From contig JAUCBJ010001349.1 in the NCBI GenBank assembly GCA_032718475.1, positions 1 through 61,153 of the forward strand: a DNA stretch of 61,153 bases, read 5' to 3'. The notes below the pieces were generated by a model. It was not told the DNA's origin. It did not search any database and saw only the letters and a program-made list of their open reading frames with translations. Shown here piece by piece: positions 44,663 through 55,055 of the stretch; the stretch's first letter is position 1; each line of letters begins with the position of its first letter. The stretch is from Nemertoderma westbladi. Its lineage: Eukaryota > Animalia > Xenacoelomorpha. Both the position numbers and the translations under genes were made by a program.

Positions 44663-44792
44663 TATTCCATGGGAAAAAAAGTAGAACTTTTTTCATTATT
44701 CTCGAGGCATTTTATTTAACGAGCATCAGCGAGGTTAATAAAGGGTGAGAGAATATTGAAAAAAAATGTTCTACGTTTTTTCCCATGTAATA
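44663..44792. mobile_element. Small palindromic MITE between the two genes
   Basis: ttccatgggaaaaaaagtagaac ... gttctacgttttttcccatgtaa, inverted repeats of ~40 bp. Confidence 0.6.
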
Positions 44793-45319
44793 CGTAATTT
44801 TATTTACGTAATTTAATTTTAATTTTGCTGGGAGTAAATAGATTTCTGGTAAGAAATAGCTTTCCTGTAAATATAAATAAACATACTGTATTATATGCAG
44901 CACCTACGACGCAGGGAATATTGACGCATGACCCAACGACCACACTCGCAGCCGCAGGACCTAAAGACGCAGGACCTGTACGTAGTGTAATAACGTTTTA
45001 TATTAGTTTTAGGTTAGCCTAGTGTAATTGTGTATTTGTAACCAAGTAACATAAAGGACCCCATTGCCATTGGAAATATTATGTTATGTTATGTTGGACA
45101 ATACCAATATTAATATCATCATATTATGTAATAATTATTAATAATAAGTTTTCTATTTGTTTACTATAAGTTTTATTTTCGGTACGAATGATTTGAAGTG
45201 GCTAGAATAAGTAAGTAAATAATAAAGTAAGTAAATAAGTAAGTAAAGTAAGTATATGTTAAAAAAATATATAAATTTTGATAATAATTTAACAAACTAA
45301 TTGGCAACTATCAAACTAC

Positions 45320-45437
45320 TTAGGAAACTGGTAATTCCGGTAAAATTCCGGCCGGAATTGACCCCATTCCGACCGGAACCGGAATCGGGCAAAAACCGCC
45401 GGAATTCCGGCCGGAACGGAATTCCGGGACATCCCTA
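45320..45437. mobile_element. hAT-type MITE fragment (attccgg repeats, CATCCCTA end)
   Basis: Clustered attccgg/ccggaat motifs ending in acatcccta. Confidence 0.5.
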
Positions 45438-45887
45438 ATTAAAACTATTGTTTGAGTCAGAATTATTAATTTCACTTTCAAAGTAAAGTCCCAGGTGAGT
45501 ACTATGATACTGAAGTATTACATCAGATTTACCCCCCCCCCCCCCCCCCCCCCATGGAGTTTGTGATCATTTGATTGAAAATGTATAGAGCAGGAAATAA
45601 GTTGTATTTTGATGTACTTTATACAGCGAGAGAACTTAACATGGCGGAAGATAATTAAGATATTTCCAATAACAATTTTGAACGATGAGAAATAAAATAT
45701 TAACACAAATAAACACTACTAACACTATTTAGAAGACTATTATAAACAATAATGGTTTGCCTGACTAATAATTCACTGACGGCATTGCAATTCAGTTCAA
45801 TTAATGACTAATTCAATTAAACGTTAAGTTCAATAATAATAATATACAATAATGAGTAGCTCGAGATATATAAATCGTATTGCAGGT

Positions 45888-47958
45888 TTAGGGAAGGCCG
45901 AATCCGACAGCGCGAAGGATATCTTCAGAAATGCGACTGCAAAACGTTGCAGTGCTACCAACTAAATAGCGATCGTTGATAGGAAATTTGATACTGAGGG
46001 CACACGTATCAGCTGATAAACGACGGTCGGGTTGATTAGATCGGTAAAATTCAAGCTTGCCCTTGAAGTTGGAGAATCTTGACCCTGAACCGAACTGAAG
46101 AATGTCCCCTAACCGCAATACCTTCTCTTCCACAATATCATTTTCTAGATTCAAAATGTCGCATCTCATATTTCCCTTAGAAACTTTAGTCAGAAATTGG
46201 CCAAATTTAAAAACAATTTCGTGTTGTTTTTCACGTTCCTTTGAACGGGCATCTCCTTCATAGTGTGGAACAAAACAACCTTTGACATCTTCAATTGTCA
46301 CATCTTGAAAGATCAGTTCATTCAAAGCATTAGCCGGTCGTTCTTTCATTATTGACAGCACTCCAAACGATTTCAAACCCTCCCGAAACATAGAAACTTC
46401 TTCACAAACACTACTTACAACAATGTGCTTAGAAAGAATTTCCACAACATAATCTTTATCTTTAAATTCGAATGAGGCTGATGTCAGTCCCATATCGAAG
46501 CGTTCTGGGAAGTTACGTATTGCTGTGCGGAAAGAAACTTCATCGGTCGATGTTTCAATAAGCCCCACCTTGATCTTAACATCTTGCTCCTCATTGGGGA
46601 TTTCGCTTATAGAGACTTTGTGTGGTATAGATAGCACAGCCTTTGCAACAGATTGACACAAAAAATGCGGTCCAGGGAGGCCGTTTAAAAGTGCTAATGC
46701 CAGTCATCATGCCCAATTGACGAAAACGTCCCAAGGCCTCAATATTGTGCCGGAACGTGAAATATGGATAGGAACCTCGAAATAACAAACCTCCTTGATC
46801 CTTAAAAAACATTGTAAATAACTCGCGTGTCAAACCACCAGTGTCAAGTCCCTCTTCCTCAAGGAACTTAGCCATCACCCTAGGGCTAGCAATTTCAACA
46901 TCGATTTCATCTAGAATGTCAAAAACGCTTTCTACAACCCTACTCCGAGGAACTTCAAAACAAGTGTAATAAGAACTTTGTCGTGTGAGCTTGGAATAAG
47001 CATTGTCTAAAAGAACACCCAAGGAATTATCACTAGAATCGCCAATAGTGTTATCATCATCACTGCCAATCGATATGTAATTATCGACGTTAATAACATC
47101 CACATGTTCAGAGGCCAGAGGGTCCAAATTTTCAGCAGGGATTATTGTAACCGATGGTGGCTCGATGGATGCGCTAAAAAAATCATCCACATTGAAATCT
47201 CCCGGCTCGTTATTGTTAGAATAATTTTCAAATACGTCAATGACATTAGCTGATGTAGAAGGGGAACCAACAACAACTTGATTGCGCTCCAAGATTTCAA
47301 CCATTTCACTATCATTCGTAGGTGAGTATCCGACTTGAGGGTAAATGCCTTCCATTGAACTAAGTTTTGCATGGAAACATATTTTAGGTGTTCCGACGAT
47401 GCATTTGCTTTGTATATATTCCTTCAATGTCTTGAACGCTTCCGAAAGTTCGCCACTGGATGACCACAAAGAATAACTATAGCTATTTACATCAGTTGGT
47501 AATGCATAATTATCTAACGCCATACACTTGTTATCAACGAAAATCTTTGCTCTTAGTATTTCGACGACAGAAGATAATGAGTCATTTAAAGGTAGCCTTA
47601 ATTTAAGGGCATTTGATTCACCAAGCGGTTTTTTCACTTGGAAATAACCCGCTCCACTGTCTACTTTAACACGAACTTCTACCACATTCCACGAGTTTTT
47701 TATCTTGCGAGTGGGATTAGGGGTTTGACTTAATTGGCGACGATCGGGCATTCTGGTGGATCCCGTAGCTCGGATAGGTGTAGTGGAAACCTTTTCGATA
47801 GAATGGTTCGATCGTTCATCCAAACAACCTTCGAACTCTATTGTTTCTTTATTAATATCGAAAATCTTGTTATTAATATCGTGGCGCAAATTGCTAAGTA
47901 AAGTTCTTCTTAGTTCACTAATTGGTTTGCAACCAGAAGGCCTATTAAACTCTGCCAT
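45888..47958 (-). pseudogene. HECT-domain E3 ubiquitin ligase (G2E3-like), transposon cargo, ~689 aa with one frameshift
   Basis: KFLEEEGLDTGGLTRELFTMF (HECT N-lobe start), FREGLKSFGVL, DILQFGSGS, LSADTCALSIKFP (catalytic TC) and terminal GFGLP. Removing one C of the CC at 46700-46701 joins the 455-aa and 257-aa ORFs as GMMTALALLNGLPGPHFLCQSV. No introns. Confidence 0.88.
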
Positions 47959-47985
47959 CTCCTCACAACGCTGAACGAACTGAAA

Positions 47986-48097
47986 GGGGTATAACTTTTC
48001 GCCATATCCTGATATCCGTATGTCAGTATGTGTACATGTAGGTGATATCCATATGTATGGAATTAATGCGGATATGGCGAAAAGTTATACCTAACCC
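47986..48097. mobile_element. 112-bp MITE just upstream of the HECT ATG
   Basis: 22-bp inverted repeat ggtataacttttcgccatatcc / ggatatggcgaaaagttatacc; direct repeat aactgaaa at 47978-47985 and 48098-48105. Confidence 0.7.
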
Positions 48098-48321
48098 AAC
48101 TGAAAAGTACCGGTACTGTAATCGTAATCATAAATCATGTAGGGCCTACATGTACTACTGTCTGACAGCAGGAATACAGGACTGACTGACTGAAGGAGTA
48201 ATCAAGTCATTGCCTACACCAACCCACTTGTGTTGAAATGCAACACAGTACTGCAATACCCTGCTAGCAGTAGGCCTACATAGTACATACAATTTCAAAT
48301 TTCCCTCCTGATTAAAATTGT

Positions 48322-48560
48322 ACCGCGGGTGACCGGGGGTGACCGCGGGTGACCGGCGGTGACCGTGGGTGACCGGCGGTGACCGCGGGTGACCATCGGT
48401 GACCGCGGGTGACCGCGGGTGACCGGCGGTGACCGCGGGTGACCGGCGGTGACCGCGGGTGACCACGGGTGACCGGCGGTGACCGCGGGTGACCGCGGGT
48501 GACCGGCGGTGACCGCGGGTGACCGCGGGTGACCAGCGGTGACCGCGGGTGACCAACGGT
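48322..48560 (-). repeat. Right subterminal array of 10-bp units (gaccgcgggt / gaccggcggt), ~24 copies
   Basis: Mirror image of 42861-43117. Confidence 0.95.
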
Positions 48561-49301
48561 AAGTAAATATTATTTTTGTCTGTGGAAAAAATTGGCCGCA
48601 TTCAGCCACCGTAGTTAGGGGTGTCCCTTCTTATCTAAAATTACACTTTATTACGGGCAAGGTGTTATATATTATAATACACCTTGTTGTATGCCTAAGT
48701 AATGGGACTGTGTGGCAGACTTAAAAATGAAAGTTTTTATTATACATTACCGGTTGTATTCTCTGTCAGTTACTTTACTGCATTGCAGTACCGGTAGGCC
48801 TATTGGTACCATTGTAGTTTGTTTATTTAAGTAGAACTACCAGTTGGTTAAAACGCCATTGATACAAACCAATAACAAACAACCTAACAGATAACTGAAT
48901 ACATAATATTATTAAGCTAATTGCTGGTTTATTAGTTTATTTTTATGTTACATTTACCGGAACCAAACCGCACCTAAAACTATCCGACTACAGGGACTAT
49001 GTTGTAATGGTCTATATTCTGATACCCCTATTAGACTAATTTAAATTTCGTTCCCATGGTACCCAATATTGGCAGGAGGCAGTGAAGGTAATGTTCAGTT
49101 AATCCGCATCATATCGGTAAGTAAATTATTAATTAAATATAAATTAAAGAATAATAATTAATGTAATTTAATTCATTTAAGTGTTATAGGCATGATTATT
49201 ACTTGATTATGGTACTGGTACAGTACTGAATTAGACCATAGTGCCTACAGCTTAACTTAATTTAACGTGTTTTAATAAAATAGGCTCTATTAATTAATTA
49301 C

Positions 49302-50148
49302 CTGTAATAATATGCCGGTCATCTTTACAGAAATCGACAGCATCGATGCTGCTCCCAGTTCCTTCAATCCGGTTGATAACCTCCCCAGTTACAGAATTTA
49401 GAATATAAATCAACCCGTTCACCCCAACAGCAGCGATTCTGGATCCGTTCGGACTCAATACGATCCACAGGACCCCAGGAGTTGCTTCCTGTCTCCACAA
49501 GGTCTCCCCTGCACCAACAACGAAGCGATGGATCCCTCCTCTCCCATCTACCGACACCACTGACTCCCCATCCGGACCCCAACCCAGACTCCAGACCCCC
49601 CACTGTGCCCCCGGTATTGATACAACATCTCCCGGGTTCCGGTCACCCAAACTTTTACTGTTCCATCCTCCGAACAGCTGGCCAACCGGGACCCGTTCGA
49701 GTCGAACCGAATACAGTTAACCGGCCCAGAATGCCCCACCCAGTTCGTTACCTTATATTTCCTCCCAGTTATTGATATAATAGAAATCCCCCCGTCGGAC
49801 CCACAAGTTGCCATGACGTCCCGGTTGGAGGGATTTATATCTATTCCCTCCCTCCATCTACCCACCCCCCACCAACCACTAACTCCTCCCCGGTACCTCC
49901 ACTACGACCCTCCAACCGGTCGCTTCCCGCTCCCAGACAGTCACCGACCCCCCCACCCAGGTTCCCGAGGCAACGCGGTTCCCGTCCGTAGAAACCGCGA
50001 CTCTCCAGTAATCGTTAGAACCTCCGGATCCCGGTAGATCTTCCTTTTTGTAGAGAGTTGTTGAGTTTATGATACAGGGGAGGTTGTTAGACACAAAGAC
50101 AACCTCCTCGGTACCCGGGATCATTTTGAGTTCCTCGATCGGCGCCAT
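49302..50148 (-). pseudogene. WD40-repeat protein exon with two frameshifts (pseudogene or homopolymer errors)
   Basis: Three consecutive ORFs give WD repeats: VAVSTDGNRVASG..SVTVWE; GHSGPVNCIRFDSNGSRLASCSEDGTVKVW; GHSG/VWSLGWGPDGESVVSV; LSPNGSRIAAVG; IDAVDFCKDDRHIITG. Donor GTAATT at 49301. Confidence 0.8.
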
Positions 50149-50355
50149 TGTTAGGGGGATTATTGAATCTAAAAGATAAAATAAAGTAAATTGCCGCTAA
50201 ATTGCTAAAGTACTAATAAGTATTACAGCGCTAGTAATTGTTATTAGATAGTCAGCGTAGCCAGTAATTATTTACTAGCTGTTTTTATTTATTCGGTTTG
50301 TATAAACGATCAATATAATATTTAATTTATTTTTAATGTTCCAGTAAAACAAAGT

Positions 50356-50481
50356 GTTCTAGAACCTTAATTGATAACGAACTTGTTCTAGGAGATTAAA
50401 AAGTAGCGACAACTAGTTAGTTTAAATAATTTATTTTTTTTAAATAAAATGTTCTAGAACAAAATAAATATGTTCTAGAAC
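50356..50481. promoter_or_regulatory. Cluster of GTTCTAGAAC palindromes (heat-shock-element-like) upstream of the WD40 ORF
   Basis: Copies at 50356, 50385 (imperfect), 50451, 50472; further copies at 52364 and 52449-52462. Confidence 0.35.
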
Positions 50482-50623
50482 ATCAATATTGAACATCCAG
50501 TATTTGTGCTACATACCGTAGTTAGTATAAGGTTTGGTATTTAATAAATATACGGAAGAAAACCTTTTCAAACTAAAATTTATTTAGTTTATTTTGCAGG
50601 AATAACAAACCGACATAAAAAGG

Positions 50624-52225
50624 TTCCGCTGCGCTACAGTCGGCTCCGCGGACCTCCGCCGCGCTACAGTCGGCTCCGCGGACCTCCGCCGCGCTACAGT
50701 CGGCTCCGCGGACCTCCGCCGCGCTACAGTCGGCTCCGCGGACCTCCGCCGCGCTACAGTCGGCTCCGCGGACCTCCGCCGCGCTACAGTCGGCTCCGCG
50801 GACCTCCGCCGCGCTACAGTCGGCTCCGCGGACCTCCGCCGCGCTACAGTCGGCTCCGCGGACCTCCGCCGCACTACAGTCGGCTCCGCAGACCTCCGCC
50901 GCGCTACAGTCGGCTCCGCGGACCTCTGCCGCGCTACAGTCGGCTCCGCGGACCTCCGCCGCGCTACAGTCGGCTCCGCGGACCTCCGCTACGCTACAGT
51001 CGGCTCCGCGGACCTCCGCCGCGCTACAGTCGGCTCCGCGGACCTCCGCCGCGCTACAGTCGGCTCCGCGGACCTCCGCCGCGCTACAGTCGGCTCCGCG
51101 GACCTCCGCCGCGTTACAGTCGGCTCCGCGGACCTCCGCCGCGCTACAGTCGGCTCCGCGGACCTCCGCCGCGCTACAGTCGGCTCCGCGGACCTCCGCC
51201 GCGCTACAGTCGGCTCCGCGGACCTCCGCCACGCTACAGTCGGCTCCGCGGACCTCCGCTACGCTACAGTCGGCTCCGCGGACCTCCGCCGCACTACAGT
51301 CGGCTCCGCGGACCTCCGCCGCGCTACAGTCGGCTCCGCGGACCTCCGCCGCGCTACAGTCGGCTCCGCGGACCTCCGCCGCGCTACAGTCGGCTCCGCG
51401 GACCTCCGCCGCGCTACAGTCGGCTCCGCGGACCTCCGCCGCGCTACAGTCGGCTCCGCGGACCTCCGCCGCGCTACAGTCGGCTCCGCGGACCTCCGCT
51501 GCGCTACAGTCGGCTCCGCGGACCTCCGCCGCGCTACAGTCGGCTCCGCGGACCTCCGCCGCGCTACAGTCGGCTCCGCGGACCTCCGCCGCGCTACAGT
51601 CGGCTCCGCGGACCTCCGCCGCGCTACAGTCGGCTCCGCGGACCTCCGCCGCGCTACAGTCGGCTCCGCGGACCTCCGCCGCGCTACAGTCGGCTCCGCG
51701 GACCTCCGCCGCGCTACAGTCGGCTCCGCGGACCTCCGCCGCGCTACAGTCGGCTCCGCGGACCTCCGCCGCGCTACAGTCGGCTCCGCGGACCTCCGCC
51801 GCGCTACAGTCGGCTCCGCGGACCTCCGCTGCGCTACAGTCGGCTCCGCGGACCTCCGCCGCGCTACAGTCGGCTCCGCGGACCTCCGCCGCGCTACAGT
51901 CGGCTCCGCGGACCTCCGCCGCGCTACAGTCGGCTCCGCGGACCTCCGCCGCGCTACAGTCGGCTCCGCGGACCTCCGCCGCGCTACAGTCGGCTCCGCG
52001 GACCTCCGCCGCGCTACAGTCGGCTCCGCGGACCTCCGCCGCGCTACAGTCGGCTCCGCGGACCTCCGCCGCGCTACAGTCGGCTCCGCGGACCTCCGCC
52101 GCGCTACAGTCGGCTCCGCGGACCTCCGCCGCGCTACAGTCGGCTCCGCGGACCTCCGCCGCGCTACAGTCGGCTCCGCGGACCTCCGCTACGCTACAGT
52201 CGGCTCCGCGGACCTCCGCCGCGCT
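50624..52225. repeat. 30-bp GC-rich minisatellite, ~53 copies
   Basis: Unit gcgctacagtcggctccgcggacctccgcc (23/30 GC, SacII site in the unit), very homogeneous. Confidence 0.97.
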
Positions 52226-52771
52226 CCACTCCAGCCCTCTCTCTGGCGGGATTGTATTTATCGGGCGGGATTCCCCGCACCTCCCGACTTTATGTGGGAT
52301 TGTTTTACTTGTTAGTTTAAGGTTTATTGTTTGTGGTCGACTGGCTTGGGTTACATTGATGGTTTCTAGAATGTCAGATTGTCTATTTACCGGTTCTACT
52401 TCGCCCTGTCGACACCCCCTGTCATTTTTTAACCATTAATTTGTTGGTGAATGTTCTAGAACATTAGTAGGTATTTTTTCAAGGTGGGTAGATAGTATAT
52501 ATATTATGAAAATACAAAATATATTTTATTCTTAAATTATGACTTTTTTGCTCGAATATACCCCAAAATAGGGAGAAAAAGTTTCTCTTTTTTTCCCTGG
52601 GGAAAAAAGTAAAATAAAATATTTTGTTTGAATTTCTTAAATTTTAATACAATTTGATTGAAAGAGAATCGAAGTAGAAAAGGTTTGCAAGTAATTTGAG
52701 CCAAAATCCATTCAAACACTCAAAAGTTATTGCAACTTTAGTGTCTGAAAGACGAACTCCATAACGGAACT

Positions 52772-54404
52772 CAATTCAATATTCAATATTCAATATAAAA
52801 TATTTTATTTTATCCTCAAACGAACAAGTAATACATATTAGATCAACATTCGCACTCCGGCACCATAGATGAGGATGATATTTCTTGGTGAATGAGAATA
52901 TGATGATGGATGTTTTGTGACCAGGTGAGAGTAGCGGTGAATGGAAAATTGTTTAAGGAATGGATGGTATCAAAATAGCGAAGCTAGTAACCTGATACCA
53001 ACCAGAGATGAGATTAATTATATTTTTACATTGAAATATGGTACTTGATTGATGGTGAGGGGGGGGGGGGGGATCAATAAGGTAAGTGGGTGGGATGGGG
53101 GTGTAAAGGGGAAATGGAGGGCGGGAGTAGGAGGGCGGGGGGGGGGGGGGGTGCAATGCAAAATAAAATTGTAAATTAAACGAAAAGTGATGGTTCCATA
53201 TATATGTTCAGTAGGCATGATGGCCTATTTGCCGTGCGTGACATATCACCCACAAAGCAGCATTCAAGCGACGGAACTGGGTGTATAAAAGTTGCTATTT
53301 CTTAACATAAAGGCTTACTGCATAGATACGAGAAAATTATGTTTTAAGTGTTTGGAGAAAGACGTTTTCGACATTTTCTGTTTAATATAATTTGGGATGG
53401 TGTTCCATACGGTGGGGCCTAGAAAAGATGAGTGTAGATGAAAGACGGAAAAGTGGTGTGTAATAGTTACTGTAAGTAACAGAACGAGTGTTGTAGTTAT
53501 GTACAGTAGAGGTTTTCGTAAAGAGAGAGCCAATGGTTGACGACTTAGAGATAGTGTTATTGTTTATATCATACATAATAAGTGAAATCTGATGCTTAAA
53601 TAGGAGATGTAAGGGGAGAATGCCAAGGGATTTGTATAGCGGGCTAGAGGAGGACCGAGAGTGAATAAAAGTAATACAACGTAGCAGTTTATTAATTTTT
53701 GTTCGTAGCGGTTTCAGAGTTGAAGTGTATGTACCACCCCACAAGACTATGCCGTAATGTAAATAAGGGTGTACAAGGGTTAAGTAAAGTTGACGTAGAA
53801 TTCGGAGTGGAAAAATGTTACGTAATTTATAAAATATTCCAGAAGTTTTCGATATTTTTTTGAGAATGTATTGTGTGTGGGCTTTCCATGATAGTTTGCT
53901 GTCCACTAGCACTCCTAGAAATTTAGTAAAGTTAGTCTGGCGAATGGTTTGCGACGAGATGTGTAGGTTTTGTAAAGTGGAATTGATGGTGTTAGAAAAT
54001 ATAGTGTACTCCGTTTTTGAGAGATTTAGTGATAGACAATTACAAGACAGCCATTCTGCGATTTTCGATAGTTCTTTGTTCGTGTTGCTGATGAGAGTAT
54101 TAGAGTCAGAGTTAGAGTTCAATAGGGTTGTGTCATCAGCAAATAGCGTTGTTATTAGAGAGGTAGCGTTAGGAAGGTCATTTATGTACAAGAGAAACAA
54201 TAGCGGTGATAGGACCGAACCCTGCGGGACTCCACAGGTTAGTGGTTCTATAGATGATACGTAACTGCCAATACTAACAGTTTGGGAACGGTTAGATAAA
54301 AAACTAGATATTAGTTGGTTAGGTAAGCCACGAATCCCATATGCATTTAATTTATTTAATAGAATTTTATGGTTCAAGGTATCAAAAGCTTTTTGAAGAT
54401 CTAT
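52772..54404 (-). mobile_element. CR1-group LINE (CR1/Crack-like): 3' half of ORF2, 3'UTR and (tattgaa)n tail
   Basis: IDLQKAFDTLNH..YGIRG, GVPQGSVLSP, FADD, KFLGV, HNYNTR; frameshift into GPTVWNTIP (ends 53315); tail at 52772-52795; cut at 54404 by the next LINE. Confidence 0.88.
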
Positions 54405-55055
54405 ATTATTATACTCGCGCACATAAGCGCAAACCAGGCTAGCTGGCATTTATTAGTAAAATTGTGACGATTATACAATTATGCCGATTACACTATTATA
54501 AAATCATAGTAAATAGTAAACGAACAGGATCAACATCACTACTAAATTATTAAATAAAATATAAGTCAATAGTTGGCTAAAAATAAAGCTTAAAAATGGC
54601 ACCAGTGATTATACAATCAATGTTGGGTAGGGTTAGTATAGCATAGGGACGACACGTTATAATTAACATTAATCAAATATATATCGTTATATATAAGTAT
54701 ATATACGGTTCGAATTAACTCCAATCAAGAGTATGCAATAAAGAAACAAACTTAAAATCCGTAAAATTGTAGTATTCTATTATGTTTAGTTTTAAAAGTT
54801 ACTCCGTGCAGATCGTAGCAATTCTTTACAAAATTAGCACAGATTATGTCGTCAAGCGAGCTATTGCCAGTTTGAAGTCCTGTCAAAAGTGCACGTTTGT
54901 CATATTCACATGTTAGTATAGACCACATGGAAGGGATTTGGTGAGTTTCCTTTGCTCGTCTGTAGGTGCTCATAAGGCCCCTGTATAACGTGCGGGATAT
55001 CGCATTATCCAAAGCAATGTACTGGAAGCTTGTTTGTAAGGTGAATATAGGGCGT

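Larger units (their letters stand above)
42224..48613. mobile_element. IS3EU-like DNA transposon carrying a transposase and a HECT E3 ligase
   Basis: Long TIRs beginning TACGGTGGCTGAATGCGGCCAATTTTTTCC (left 42224, right ends ...CCACCGTA at 48613), continuing through aaaataatatttacttaccg into mirror-image 10-bp arrays. Two convergent internal genes. TAY..RTA ends plus an IS3-type integrase core fit IS3EU as I recall it. No direct TSD. Confidence 0.82.

Noticed and set aside
50573-51232. (AAEVRGADCS)n ORF
   Set aside because: Translation of the 30-bp minisatellite from a non-ATG start; no evidence of a gene structure.
54405-54449. N-terminus MPASLVCAYVREYNN of the 355-aa RT ORF
   Set aside because: Comes from the 3' tail of the inserted RTEX-like LINE; a chimeric artefact rather than a real start.
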